A DNA stretch of 64,000 nt, taken from positions 1,568,001 to 1,632,000 of the forward strand of contig CAXXJV010000001.1 of NCBI GenBank assembly GCA_963663475.2, given 5' to 3'. Made by a program: the position numbers and the translations under genes. This document shows, piece by piece, positions 48,445 through 57,599 of the stretch (the stretch's first letter is position 1; the number at the start of each line of letters is the position of its first letter). This DNA comes from Candidatus Cloacimonadales bacterium. GTDB lineage: Bacteria; Cloacimonadota; Cloacimonadia; Cloacimonadales; JAFGVF01. Below the pieces are notes generated by a model. That model made no database searches. It was not told the DNA's origin and saw only the letters and a list, made by a program, of their open reading frames with translations.

Positions 48445-49383
48445 CTATGCCTGTCCACCTAAGATTAAGAAAAGAAGTGCCATTCTTACAGCAACACCAT
48501 TTGTAACTTGGTCAAGAATTACAGATTGTTTTGAATCAGCAATTTCAGGTAATATTTCAATACCTCTATTCATAGGACCTGGATGCATAACTAAAGCATC
48601 TGGTTTAGCCCATTTAAGAGTTTGTTTTGATAATGAATAATATTTAGTATATTCTTCTAAACTTGGGAAAAGTCCGTCTTTTTGCCTTTCTAATTGCATT
48701 CTAAGACCCATTACAGCATCAGCACCAGTAAGAGCTTTTTTTAAATCATACTCAACATTACAACCGTAAATCTCTTCCATTTTTCCTGGCATAAGAGTCC
48801 TAGGAGCACATACTGTTACTTCTGCACCTAACTTTTTCATACCGATTAGATTAGATCTCACAACTCTACTGTGGGCAATATCACCTACGATAGTAACTTT
48901 CATTCCATCTAGACTTCCTCTTTTCTCCCAGATTGAATAAATATCTAAGAGTGCTTGTGTGGGATGTGCATGACGACCATCTCCGCCATTAAGAACAGGT
49001 TTGCCAGTGTACTTATGAACCATTTGTGGTGAACCAGGATAAGAATGTCTTATGATATAAGCATCTATTCCCATGGCATCAAGAGTTAAAACTGTATCTT
49101 GTAAGCTTTCACCTTTGGATAGGGAAGAGGTGTTAGCAGAAAAAGAAACTACATCTGCACTTAATCTGTGGGCTGCTAGTTCAAAAGACATTAAGGTTCT
49201 TGTAGAGTTTTCAAAGAAAAGTGTACATACAGTTTTTCCACGAAGGGTTGGGATTTTTTTATATGAACGAGAGTTAATCTCTTTCATAGCCTTGGTACTT
49301 TCCAAAATTTGGAGAATTTCTTCAGCACTATAATCATCTAAATCGAACATGTTACGGTTAACAAAATTAAACTCGTTTTGCAT
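48445..49383 (-). CDS. pyrB: Aspartate carbamoyltransferase catalytic subunit
   Basis: FFENSTRT, HPTQALLD and MHPGPMNRG motifs. Confidence 0.97.
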   Translation of the reverse strand: MQNEFNFVNRNMFDLDDYSAEEILQILESTKAMKEINSRSYKKIPTLRGKTVCTLFFENSTRTLMSFELAAHRLSADVVSFSANTSSLSKGESLQDTVLTLDAMGIDAYIIRHSYPGSPQMVHKYTGKPVLNGGDGRHAHPTQALLDIYSIWEKRGSLDGMKVTIVGDIAHSRVVRSNLIGMKKLGAEVTVCAPRTLMPGKMEEIYGCNVEYDLKKALTGADAVMGLRMQLERQKDGLFPSLEEYTKYYSLSKQTLKWAKPDALVMHPGPMNRGIEILPEIADSKQSVILDQVTNGVAVRMALLFLILGGQA

Positions 49384-49483
49384 AGGTACTCCTGTGATTT
49401 AATAGTGAAAAAGGGGAACAGTTGTCTTGTAATGGTTTTTTAGCAAGAGCTTGGTTAAAATTTAGGTCTTTAACTAATTTCAT
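49367..49483 (-). CDS. Putative 38-aa pyr leader ORF overlapping the pyrB start
   Basis: AAAGGAG RBS, ATG, MKLVKDLNFNQALAKKPLQDNCSPFSLLNHRSTYAKRV*. Confidence 0.45.
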   Translation of the reverse strand: MKLVKDLNFNQALAKKPLQDNCSPFSLLNHRSTYAKRV

Positions 49484-49490
49484 TTGTTCT

Positions 49491-49520
49491 CCTTTCTGCC
49501 TCTCAGGGCAAGATTAAAGG
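49491..49520 (-). promoter_or_regulatory. PyrR binding loop
   Basis: CCUUUAAUCU-UGCC-CUGAGA-GGCA-GAAAGG fits the PyrR-binding stem-loop pattern, upstream of pyrB. Confidence 0.8.
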
Positions 49521-49609
49521 TTTTTATTTACTAATAAAATTCAGTGGTAAGATTTGTCAAATAAAATATTTAGATTTTATCCTTAGGCTTGGTTAAGAGG
49601 GAAATCTTG

Positions 49610-49680
49610 ATCTTGCTAGAATCTGCACTACTTGAGCAAAAAAAGCATCTTCCTCTCTAAAGCTCTATTGCACCATTGGG
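49610..49680. repeat. Right-end remnant of the CCC...GGG MITE
   Basis: TTGCTAGAATCTGCACT...CTCTAAAGCTCTATTGCACCATTGGG. Confidence 0.6.
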
Positions 49681-49805
49681 TTAAACCCCAATCATACATT
49701 AGGGTTAGAGCTAAGAAAGGAAAATGCTTACTCTCCATAAGAAACTTTTATTATAGAATGAAATACATTCTTTTAAGTTAGTTGTCTAAAATAATCTGAT
49801 ATTAA

Positions 49806-50270
49806 TTATTGAGCGTAGAAGTAAACTGCACCTTGGTTTTTCCCATCGTTAATTTCAGAGAAAAAGTTTTCATCCATTTCAATACTTAAATCTTTGGCAT
49901 CAGCATATTGGGCAGTAATTTTCACCTTATTATCGTCGCCAACTCTAAATTTAGCATAGTTATAGATATAGCCACCATAGTTAATTAGCTTACTTTGAGA
50001 AAAAACAACAAAAGCAGTAGGGTTACCGATTGACATTGGGGCAAAGTATTCCCAAACATCTACACCCATTCCACCAATAGCATTTGGGGCAGTTTTTTCT
50101 TCATTAGCTGAGATTAGTTTGCACTTACCATATTCAGCCACAACTCTTACATTTCTACCAGCTTTTAGGGCATCCATGAGTTCATCAAAGTTTTTTAACT
50201 GAGATGGTTTTGCTATAAGAGCAAGAGATACAATCATTAAGACAGTAATTAATATAATCTTCTTCATCAT
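49806..50270 (-). CDS. Secreted VirK-like protein
   Basis: Signal peptide; LMDALKAGRNVRVVAEYGKC resembles the VirK family N-terminus. Confidence 0.6.
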   Translation of the reverse strand: MMKKIILITVLMIVSLALIAKPSQLKNFDELMDALKAGRNVRVVAEYGKCKLISANEEKTAPNAIGGMGVDVWEYFAPMSIGNPTAFVVFSQSKLINYGGYIYNYAKFRVGDDNKVKITAQYADAKDLSIEMDENFFSEINDGKNQGAVYFYAQ

Positions 50271-50287
50271 ATTCCTCCAGAATTTTA

Positions 50288-50610
50288 CTCAAATAATGCA
50301 TTAGATCTTTGAGAATAGCAGAATCTTCTTTTGCAAAAGTAAGATGCATAATTTTTCCACATATATATAATGACCATAAATTATGTAAGCTATTATTTTA
50401 ACCCAAATAATGCAGTAGACCTTTGTGAACAGCACTATATTCTTCTGCAAAAGTAAGATCCATAATTTCTCCGAATATATAAAATATATGCGTCAAAATT
50501 CTGTAAGCTATTTTGCTAGAATAATCTGCACTCTTCACTAAAGCTCTACTACACTATCTGGGTTTAAAAGATACTACACTCTTCTCTAAAGCTCTACTGC
50601 ACCATTTAAG
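50288..50610. mobile_element. Nested MITEs: intact 161-bp copy (50402-50562) inside an older copy
   Basis: The inner copy is flanked by a TTTAA duplication; the outer halves rejoin to give a diverged family member. Confidence 0.88.
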
Positions 50611-50684
50611 TTTATATGAAAGAAAGATATATTAACAGTGTTAATCTGTCAATAATTTTCTACTCTCATCAAGATTTAACCAGA

Positions 50685-53261
50685 CTAATTCCTAAATAAA
50701 TAGCTTCCTTCTTGATAATCAACAGTGATTTGATTATTGTGGGTAATCTGACCTGCAATCAGCTTACTAGCCAGCCTGTTCTCAATCTCACGTTGAATAA
50801 CTCTTTTTAGAGGTCTAGCCCCAAATTGAGGGTCATAACCCTCATCTGCAATCTTGTCAATTAAGGCTGGAGTGAAGTCTAGTACCACTCTTTGATCTAA
50901 GAGTCTCTTCTTAAGATGCTTAAGATTTAATTCAACTATTTGCTTGATTTCTTCTCTATTTAGTTTTTGGAAGACAATTATTTCATCAAGTCTATTGATA
51001 AATTCAGGTTTAAAGTATTGATGAAGCAGAGGGAAAAGCTTATCTTTAAGGGAATCACTATCACTATTTTGGTCATCATATATCATCTGAGCTCCAATAT
51101 TGGAAGTGAGAATGATTATTGAGTTTTTAAAGTCAATAGTTCTACCTTGCCCATCTGTAAGTCTTCCATCATCAAATATCTGCAAGAGAATATTAAAGAC
51201 ATCTGGGTGTGCTTTTTCTATTTCATCGAATAAGATAACAGAGTAAGGTCTTCTTCTGACAGCTTCAGTCAGGTAGCCACCCTGATCATAGCCTACATAA
51301 CCAGGAGGTGCACCGATTAAGCGAGCAACAGAATGTTTTTCCATATATTCAGACATATCAACTCTAATAATGGCTCGATCTGTATCAAATAGGAAGTCTG
51401 CTAAGCTCTTAGCAAGTTCAGTTTTACCAACACCAGTAGGTCCTAAGAAGAGGAAGGTACCTATAGGTTTATTTTGGTCTGCAATACCAGATCTGGAACG
51501 TCTGATAGCGTTAGATAGAGCAGAAATACCTTCTTTTTGCCCAATAACCCTCTGTGATAGGATATCTTCCATTTTAATAAGCTTGGACATCTCATTTGTG
51601 AGAAGTTTTGTTACAGGAATATTTGTCCATTTTGCTACAATTTCAGCAATAATTTCTTCATCAACATTTTCTTTGAGAATTCTCTCTTCAGGTGGAATAG
51701 CTAGGAGTTTTTGTTTGTTGTTTTCCAGCTCTGTTTGCTTTTTAGGTAAGCTACCATATTTTAACTCAGCAGCTTTATTTAAGTCACCATTTCGTTCAGC
51801 TTTCTCTATGTCACTCTTAAGTTGGTCAAGTTCTTCAGAAGCTGTATTTAGACTATTCAAGAGCTCTTTTTCATAAGACCACTTTGCCTTGAGGTTATTT
51901 TGGCTATCTTTTAGGTTAGAAATCTCAACATCTATCTTGTGCTTTCTCTCTTTGGAGAGTTCATCCTTATCTTTTTTCATGGATAGTTTTTCAATTTCCA
52001 GCTGTTTAATTTTTCTTGCTAGTTCATCTAGTTCAGTAGGCATAGAATCAATTTCCATTTTAAGTTGGGCACAAGCTTCATCAACTAAATCAATAGCCTT
52101 GTCTGGTAAAAATCTATCAGTAATATATCTATTAGAAAGATAGGCTGCAGACACTAAGGCACCATCAGTAATTTGGACTCCATGGTGGATTTCATACTTA
52201 TCTTTAATACCTCTAAGAATTGAAATAGTGTCAGTTTCTGAAGGTTCCTTAACCATAACTGGTTGGAATCTTCTTTCCAAAGCTGGATCTTTTTCTATGT
52301 ATTTTCTATACTCATTAAGAGTTGTAGCTCCAACGCAATGAAGTGATCCTCTGGCTAAAGCTGGTTTTAGCATATTGGAAGCATCCATAGAACCTTCTGA
52401 AGCTCCAGCTCCCACAACTGTATGGATTTCATCTATAAAGAGAATTAGCTTTCCCTCATTACTCTCCACTTCCTTTAAGACAGCTTTAAGTCTATCCTCA
52501 AATTCACCTCGGTATTTAGCACCTGCAATTAATGAGGCCATGTCTAGTTCTAAAATCTCTTTATTTTTGAGATTTTCAGGAATATCACTATCAATTATTC
52601 TTTTAGCTAATCCTTCAATAATAGCTGTTTTACCTACACCTGGTTCGCCAATAAGAACAGGATTGTTTTTTCTTCTTCGGGAGAGAATTTGAATAACTCT
52701 TCTAATTTCTTCATCTCTACCGATAACAGGGTCTAGTTTTCCATTTTTAGCTAATTTGGTTAGATTACGAGTATATTTTTCTAAGGCTTGATATTTTACT
52801 TCTGGGTTTTCATCAGTAACTCTTTGATTGCCTCTAACCTCTTTTAAAGCTAGCATAACACTATCATAACTTATGCCATATCTCTTGAAAAGGGCTTGCA
52901 GTTTCTTGCTTTTAATAATTAAAGCTAGGAATAAATGTTCTACAGAAACGAAGTCATCTTGAAGTTTTTTTGCTTGTTTTTCAGCTTCTAAGAAGACCTC
53001 ACTTAGTTCTTTAGATATATAATTTTGATTTTGTCCTTGAACCTTAGGTAACTTATTAAGCTGATCATCAGCATCTCTGATGAAGTCTCTAAGTTCTACA
53101 TTGATTTTCTGTAGCAAGGGTATTATTAGAGATTCTTCAGTTTTCAAGAGAGAATTTAGTAGATGTATTTCATTTATTTCTTGGTGGGAATATTCATTAG
53201 CTAATCCAGAGAGATTATTAACGACTTCCCTTGATTTAATAGTATATTTTTCAAAATTCAT
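50685..53261 (-). CDS. clpB: ATP-dependent chaperone ClpB
   Basis: Two Walker A motifs ([16 protein letters not shown]) and a long coiled-coil middle domain; 858 aa. Confidence 0.96.
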   Translation of the reverse strand: MNFEKYTIKSREVVNNLSGLANEYSHQEINEIHLLNSLLKTEESLIIPLLQKINVELRDFIRDADDQLNKLPKVQGQNQNYISKELSEVFLEAEKQAKKLQDDFVSVEHLFLALIIKSKKLQALFKRYGISYDSVMLALKEVRGNQRVTDENPEVKYQALEKYTRNLTKLAKNGKLDPVIGRDEEIRRVIQILSRRRKNNPVLIGEPGVGKTAIIEGLAKRIIDSDIPENLKNKEILELDMASLIAGAKYRGEFEDRLKAVLKEVESNEGKLILFIDEIHTVVGAGASEGSMDASNMLKPALARGSLHCVGATTLNEYRKYIEKDPALERRFQPVMVKEPSETDTISILRGIKDKYEIHHGVQITDGALVSAAYLSNRYITDRFLPDKAIDLVDEACAQLKMEIDSMPTELDELARKIKQLEIEKLSMKKDKDELSKERKHKIDVEISNLKDSQNNLKAKWSYEKELLNSLNTASEELDQLKSDIEKAERNGDLNKAAELKYGSLPKKQTELENNKQKLLAIPPEERILKENVDEEIIAEIVAKWTNIPVTKLLTNEMSKLIKMEDILSQRVIGQKEGISALSNAIRRSRSGIADQNKPIGTFLFLGPTGVGKTELAKSLADFLFDTDRAIIRVDMSEYMEKHSVARLIGAPPGYVGYDQGGYLTEAVRRRPYSVILFDEIEKAHPDVFNILLQIFDDGRLTDGQGRTIDFKNSIIILTSNIGAQMIYDDQNSDSDSLKDKLFPLLHQYFKPEFINRLDEIIVFQKLNREEIKQIVELNLKHLKKRLLDQRVVLDFTPALIDKIADEGYDPQFGARPLKRVIQREIENRLASKLIAGQITHNNQITVDYQEGSYLFRN

Positions 53262-53326
53262 ATTTTCCTCCTACAATGAATTATAGGTATAAAATAACTG
53301 AGAAGAGTAATATGTCAAATTATTTT

Positions 53327-53353
53327 TTAGCAGACTACTTGATTGTTTGCTAA
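53327..53353. promoter_or_regulatory. CIRCE-like operator upstream of clpB
   Basis: TTAGCAGAC-N9-GTTTGCTAA versus canonical TTAGCACTC-N9-GAGTGCTAA; adjacent to a minus-strand TTGACA at 53313-53318. Confidence 0.65.
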
Positions 53354-53869
53354 ATATTATTCAACCATCAAGTCATTCTTCCTAATAGCTTATCCTGAAA
53401 GAAGTAAAAATATTGCCCTTCTTTAAGTTTTCTGGTCATTTTATCAGGATTGCTTTTAGTTAAGATTGCCTCTTTAGTCGGACGATGGAGATTCTCTCCG
53501 AACCAAGCTGTAAGCTTGTTACTCTAAACAACAATCAATCAAATCAATAAGGCGGAGAGAGTACACAATCCCCTTTCAGCTCTTTATCTACAACAAATAC
53601 AAATATTCCTAACACAGAGTTCACAGAGGTTAAGAGGAGTTTCACAGAGTTTTAAGAACTAAACTCTAATCTAAAAAACGCGACCCAATCCCATAACCGC
53701 TTGTCACCTGCGTAAACGCAGACTGGAATCCCACGCCCCAAAAAGGGGTATAATTTTAGCAAAGTAGGGATTTGGCAGTTTGGATGTTACTGTCAGAAAG
53801 AAAGAAAAAAAGAAGAAGACGGCCTTCTGTTATCCCTCAGACAAGAGAAATCGGCCCTAATCTCTCTCT

Positions 53870-53943
53870 TTCCATCCCTAATCCTTCCTTTACAGTCTTT
53901 CGATGAAACTGGGACTTTCATCGAAAGACTGTAAAGGAAGGAT
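53870..53943. repeat. Perfect palindromic repeat, copy 2
   Basis: 28-bp perfect stem with the same CTGGGAC loop as 23966-24036. Confidence 0.9.
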
Positions 53944-54076
53944 GAAGGATGATAAGGGTATTGATAAGACTGATCTTCCTCAATCCTAGGTAAGGGACTT
54001 CGGACAAAAAAATAATAATTTCGCCCTTCCAGGCTTAAGATAAAGCTTTGACTAACATGTACAGGGTCTAACTAAA

Positions 54077-54554
54077 GGCTCTTGTTCAAGTCTGGTGGTA
54101 AATAAGAGACTTTCATTATAGCATATTGCTTGAATAATAGAAAGTTACAAGTAAGAATATACTGTTAAGAGTATGTTTTGTTTGATGATAAGTACTAAAT
54201 CCTGAAGGGATAAGTCTTAAATCCTCAAAGGGGATAAATAGTTTAGCCTAGGGTAAATTCCTGAAGGGAATGCAACCCTGGGTACTGGTGATAAAAAACA
54301 AAGCCTAACCCTGAAAGGGTTAAATAACATCATATATACCATAGACTTATACAATAATATATTATTTATCATTTTATTAAACCCTTACAGGGTAACATCT
54401 TTGGGCTAGCCATCATTACCCAGGGTTGCGATACTTTCAGCATCTTACCCTGGGCTAAATTATTTTATCCCTTTCAGGGATTTTTGATGAATTAATATAG
54501 TAATGAAATATTCTCATTTTCCTATATTATTCCCACCAGACTTGAACTTGAGCC
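54077..54554. mobile_element. Non-autonomous ISL3-like element (478 bp)
   Basis: TIRs GGCTCTTGTTCAAGTCTGGTGG / CCACCAGACTTGAACTTGAGCC; exact 8-bp duplication TAACTAAA at 54069-54076 and 54555-54562. Confidence 0.85.
54219..54483. repeat. Inverted pair of ~110-bp REP-like arms (CCCTGAAAGGG / CCCAGGG...CCCTGGG)
   Basis: 54219-54327 and 54374-54483 are imperfect reverse complements, each built from small palindromes. Confidence 0.75.
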
Positions 54555-54574
54555 TAACTAAATCTGCCTATTAA

Positions 54575-54840
54575 CCAAGATAGTGTAGTAGATCTTTAGT
54601 GAATAGTTTGGATAAAGATATAGAGACTTTACCCCGAATAGTGTTATTCACAGAGGTCTAATGTATTATCCCAAATAATGCAGTAGACCTTTGTGAATAG
54701 CACTATATTCTTCTGCAAAAGTAGCTTCCATAATTTCTCCGAATATATAAAATATATGCGTCAAAATTCTGTAAGCTATTTTGCTAGAATAATCTGCACT
54801 CTTCACTAAAGCTCTACTACACTATCTGGGATTATTAGGA
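54575..54840. mobile_element. Nested MITEs: intact 161-bp copy (54670-54830) inside the terminal repeat of an older inverted copy
   Basis: ATTAT duplication flanks the inner copy; 54575-54669 is a reverse-oriented family member completed by 54836-54840. Confidence 0.82.
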
Positions 54841-55025
54841 TTTAATAAGATTTCTAAATTACCTAGATCTACCTTAGTGTCTGAGACAATTCATGAATGG
54901 TGTGTTTATCAATAGCCTGCTATTGGGCAGCCATTAGTTATCTATTAGTTTTAGATGCAATAGACACAAGATAGACCAGTTATAGATGAACAATTTACAT
55001 AAGAATATCTTGCAGAGAGTTTTTC

Positions 55026-55556
55026 TTACTTTTTACGGTAATAGCGGTCTCTTTCTGAATAAATACAACCACAATATTGCTGTCTATACATACCTTCAGC
55101 TTTAGAAAGTTCGATACCTTCTTTCCAATATTCTCTAAAATCTTGATAGAAGAATTCAACCCCATATTCTTTAGCAAGAGACTGAGCAATTTCAATCATC
55201 AGTTTATGGTTTTGATGTTTAGAGTAGAGTAGGGTAGAAGTAAAGGCATCAAATTTGCCTTTTTTGGCTACAATAGCAGTGTATTTAAGTCTTTCATAGT
55301 AGCATGATATACATCTTTTATTTTCTTTAAAGACAGAGTTTTGAATGAATCTATCTAAGTCATACTCATCTTTTTCAATATAAGGAATCTGGTTTTTTTC
55401 AATAAAATCTCTGAGGGTATCACGTCTTTTAACATACTCGGTATAGGGATGGATATTGTGGTTAAACCAGAAGGCTGTAATATCATGGTCAGCTTTTAAG
55501 TGGGTATAGGGAGCAATGAAGCAAGGGCCACAACAAACATGGATTAGTATTTTCAT
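55026..55556 (-). CDS. queH: Epoxyqueuosine reductase QueH (DUF208)
   Basis: HVCCGPC, NHNIHPYTEY, RCISCY and YRQQYCGCIYS motifs. Confidence 0.9.
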   Translation of the reverse strand: MKILIHVCCGPCFIAPYTHLKADHDITAFWFNHNIHPYTEYVKRRDTLRDFIEKNQIPYIEKDEYDLDRFIQNSVFKENKRCISCYYERLKYTAIVAKKGKFDAFTSTLLYSKHQNHKLMIEIAQSLAKEYGVEFFYQDFREYWKEGIELSKAEGMYRQQYCGCIYSERDRYYRKK

Positions 55557-55562
55557 TTTACC

Positions 55563-56321
55563 TCATTTAAATACTTTAATACTTTTTTCTATTTGATCTT
55601 TGAGTAAAAGGTCATAGTGTTTTTCTAAGGCTTTAATAACATTTTCTTCCAATCTATATTCAGGGAAGATATCTGCTAGTTTCTCAACCTTATCTCTAAA
55701 GTCTTCTCTAATATTTTTCTCTTCATAAGGGCAGACATAGTCTAGTTTGGTAAGCCCCTTCCTGTAGAATTGTTTTTGTATCCAGCTTTCTTCAACAAAT
55801 ATCAGAGGTCTAATGACAGCTAAGTCTAACTTATGGTAGTTTAAAATTGGAGGGAATGATTCTATGTTTTGGTGAAGAAGTAAGTTCATAAAGAAGGTAT
55901 CAATAGCATCATCAGCATGGTGTCCATAGGCAATTTTTCTAATTCCCCGTCGATTTATTTCTTCCCACATGGCTTGTCTTTTTATTCTTGCACAGGAGTA
56001 ACATATATGGGGATAATTGACAACTTTTTCCATATTAATTTTAAGGACAACTAATTCAATATCTAACATGTCACAGAGGTCTTGTATAGCTTTAGTATCG
56101 TAGTCTGAAGTTCTTACATGCAGTCCTATTAAGTCAAAATTAAGATAGGAATACTTGCTAATATACCATAATAAGTAAAGGAGACAAGCACTATCTTTAC
56201 CACCAGATAGAGCAACTGCTACTTTTTCATTATCAGCAATCAGTTGATACTTTCTGATTGTCCGAATAATTCTACTAACAACCCGTTTAATTGATTTGTC
56301 GAAACTTAAATTATCTTGCAT
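55563..56321 (-). CDS. TtcA-family tRNA thiolation PP-loop ATPase
   Basis: SGGKDS, CYSC, GHHADD and IRPL motifs. Confidence 0.85.
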   Translation of the reverse strand: MQDNLSFDKSIKRVVSRIIRTIRKYQLIADNEKVAVALSGGKDSACLLYLLWYISKYSYLNFDLIGLHVRTSDYDTKAIQDLCDMLDIELVVLKINMEKVVNYPHICYSCARIKRQAMWEEINRRGIRKIAYGHHADDAIDTFFMNLLLHQNIESFPPILNYHKLDLAVIRPLIFVEESWIQKQFYRKGLTKLDYVCPYEEKNIREDFRDKVEKLADIFPEYRLEENVIKALEKHYDLLLKDQIEKSIKVFK

Positions 56322-56335
56322 TTTTTCATGAGTTA

Positions 56336-56367
56336 AGAAAAGCGGTAGAATAAGACTACCGCTTTCT
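56336..56367 (-). terminator. Terminator after ackA
   Basis: AAAGCGGTAG-N7-CTACCGCTTT. Confidence 0.7.
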
Positions 56368-56372
56368 ATAAG

Positions 56373-57575
56373 TTAAAATATTAGTTGGTAGGTATCCGAA
56401 GCAATTTGTAATTCTTCGTTTGTTGGCATTACTAGAATAGTAACAGGGGAGTATGGTTCTGAGATAATACCAGCTTTTCCGCCTACTTCTTTATTCTTTT
56501 TAGTATCAATATGAACACCAATATTTTGCATTCTCTTACAGATTCTTTCTCGCATTTTGACACCATATTGGCCAACACCACCAGTGAAAACAAGGATATC
56601 AACTTTGACTAAGTTAGCTGAATATGAACCAATATACTTTCTCACTCTGTAAGCATAAGCATCTAAGGCTTCAATTGCTCTTTCATCTCCTGCTTCTGCA
56701 GCAGCCTCAATATCTCTTAAATCATTGGAAATACCTGTCATACCTAGTAATCCACTTTTCTTATTAAGAATATTATTAAGGTCTTGGCTACTATAACCTC
56801 TTTCCATTAAGAAGAAGACTATTGAAGGATCAATATCACCAGATCTTGTCCCCATTAGTAAGCCAGCTAGAGGGGTAAATCCCATAGAAGTATCTACTGA
56901 TTCTCCATTCATAATTGAAGTAATTGAAGCTCCATTACCTAGGTGGCAAGTGATAATATTTGTGTTTACTGCATTTCTCTTACACATTTCTAAGGCTTTA
57001 AGGGCTACATAACGGTGACTAGTCCCGTGGAAACCATAACGTCTTATTTTAAATTTATCATAGAACTCATGAGGAATGCCATATAGGTAGGCAGCTGGAG
57101 GTAAAGTCTGGTGGAAAGCAGTATCAAAAACAGCTACTTGCTTAACATTTTCTAGTAATTTTGCACTCTCTTTAATTCCTGTAAGATTGGCAGGATTATG
57201 GAGAGGTGCTAGCTCAGAGTTCTTTTCGATAGACTCAATAACTTTATCATCTATGATTACGGAAGCAGAATAGTCTTCACCACCATGTACTACTCGATGA
57301 CCGACACCTTCAATCTCAGAGATGTCTTTTAGAATACCTAGTTTTTCATCAGTTAAAGCATAGGCAACTAACTCCATTGCAGCTTGATGATCTTTAATAG
57401 CGGTTACTAAATCATAAGTACCCTTACTACTCTCTTGACAGATATGTCCTTCTTCTTCTCCAATTCTTTCAACAAGGCCTTTACCAAGACTTTCTTGGCT
57501 AGGCATGAGATAGACTTCATATTTCAACGAAGAGCTTCCACAGTTGATGACAAGTATCTTTTTTGTGTTATCCAT
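56373..57575 (-). CDS. ackA: Acetate kinase
   Basis: INCGSSSLK, GHRVVHGG, FDTAFH, YGFHGTSH, HLGNGAS and TNEE motifs. Confidence 0.96.
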   Translation of the reverse strand: MDNTKKILVINCGSSSLKYEVYLMPSQESLGKGLVERIGEEEGHICQESSKGTYDLVTAIKDHQAAMELVAYALTDEKLGILKDISEIEGVGHRVVHGGEDYSASVIIDDKVIESIEKNSELAPLHNPANLTGIKESAKLLENVKQVAVFDTAFHQTLPPAAYLYGIPHEFYDKFKIRRYGFHGTSHRYVALKALEMCKRNAVNTNIITCHLGNGASITSIMNGESVDTSMGFTPLAGLLMGTRSGDIDPSIVFFLMERGYSSQDLNNILNKKSGLLGMTGISNDLRDIEAAAEAGDERAIEALDAYAYRVRKYIGSYSANLVKVDILVFTGGVGQYGVKMRERICKRMQNIGVHIDTKKNKEVGGKAGIISEPYSPVTILVMPTNEELQIASDTYQLIF

Positions 57576-57599
57576 TTAGAACTCCTAAGATATTTATTA

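Noticed and set aside
51370..53286. Plus-strand ORFs within clpB, and similar short overlapping ORFs at 2303-3682, 12976-14457, 49073 and elsewhere
   Set aside because: Antisense or alternate-frame shadows of well-supported genes, with no recognisable motifs.
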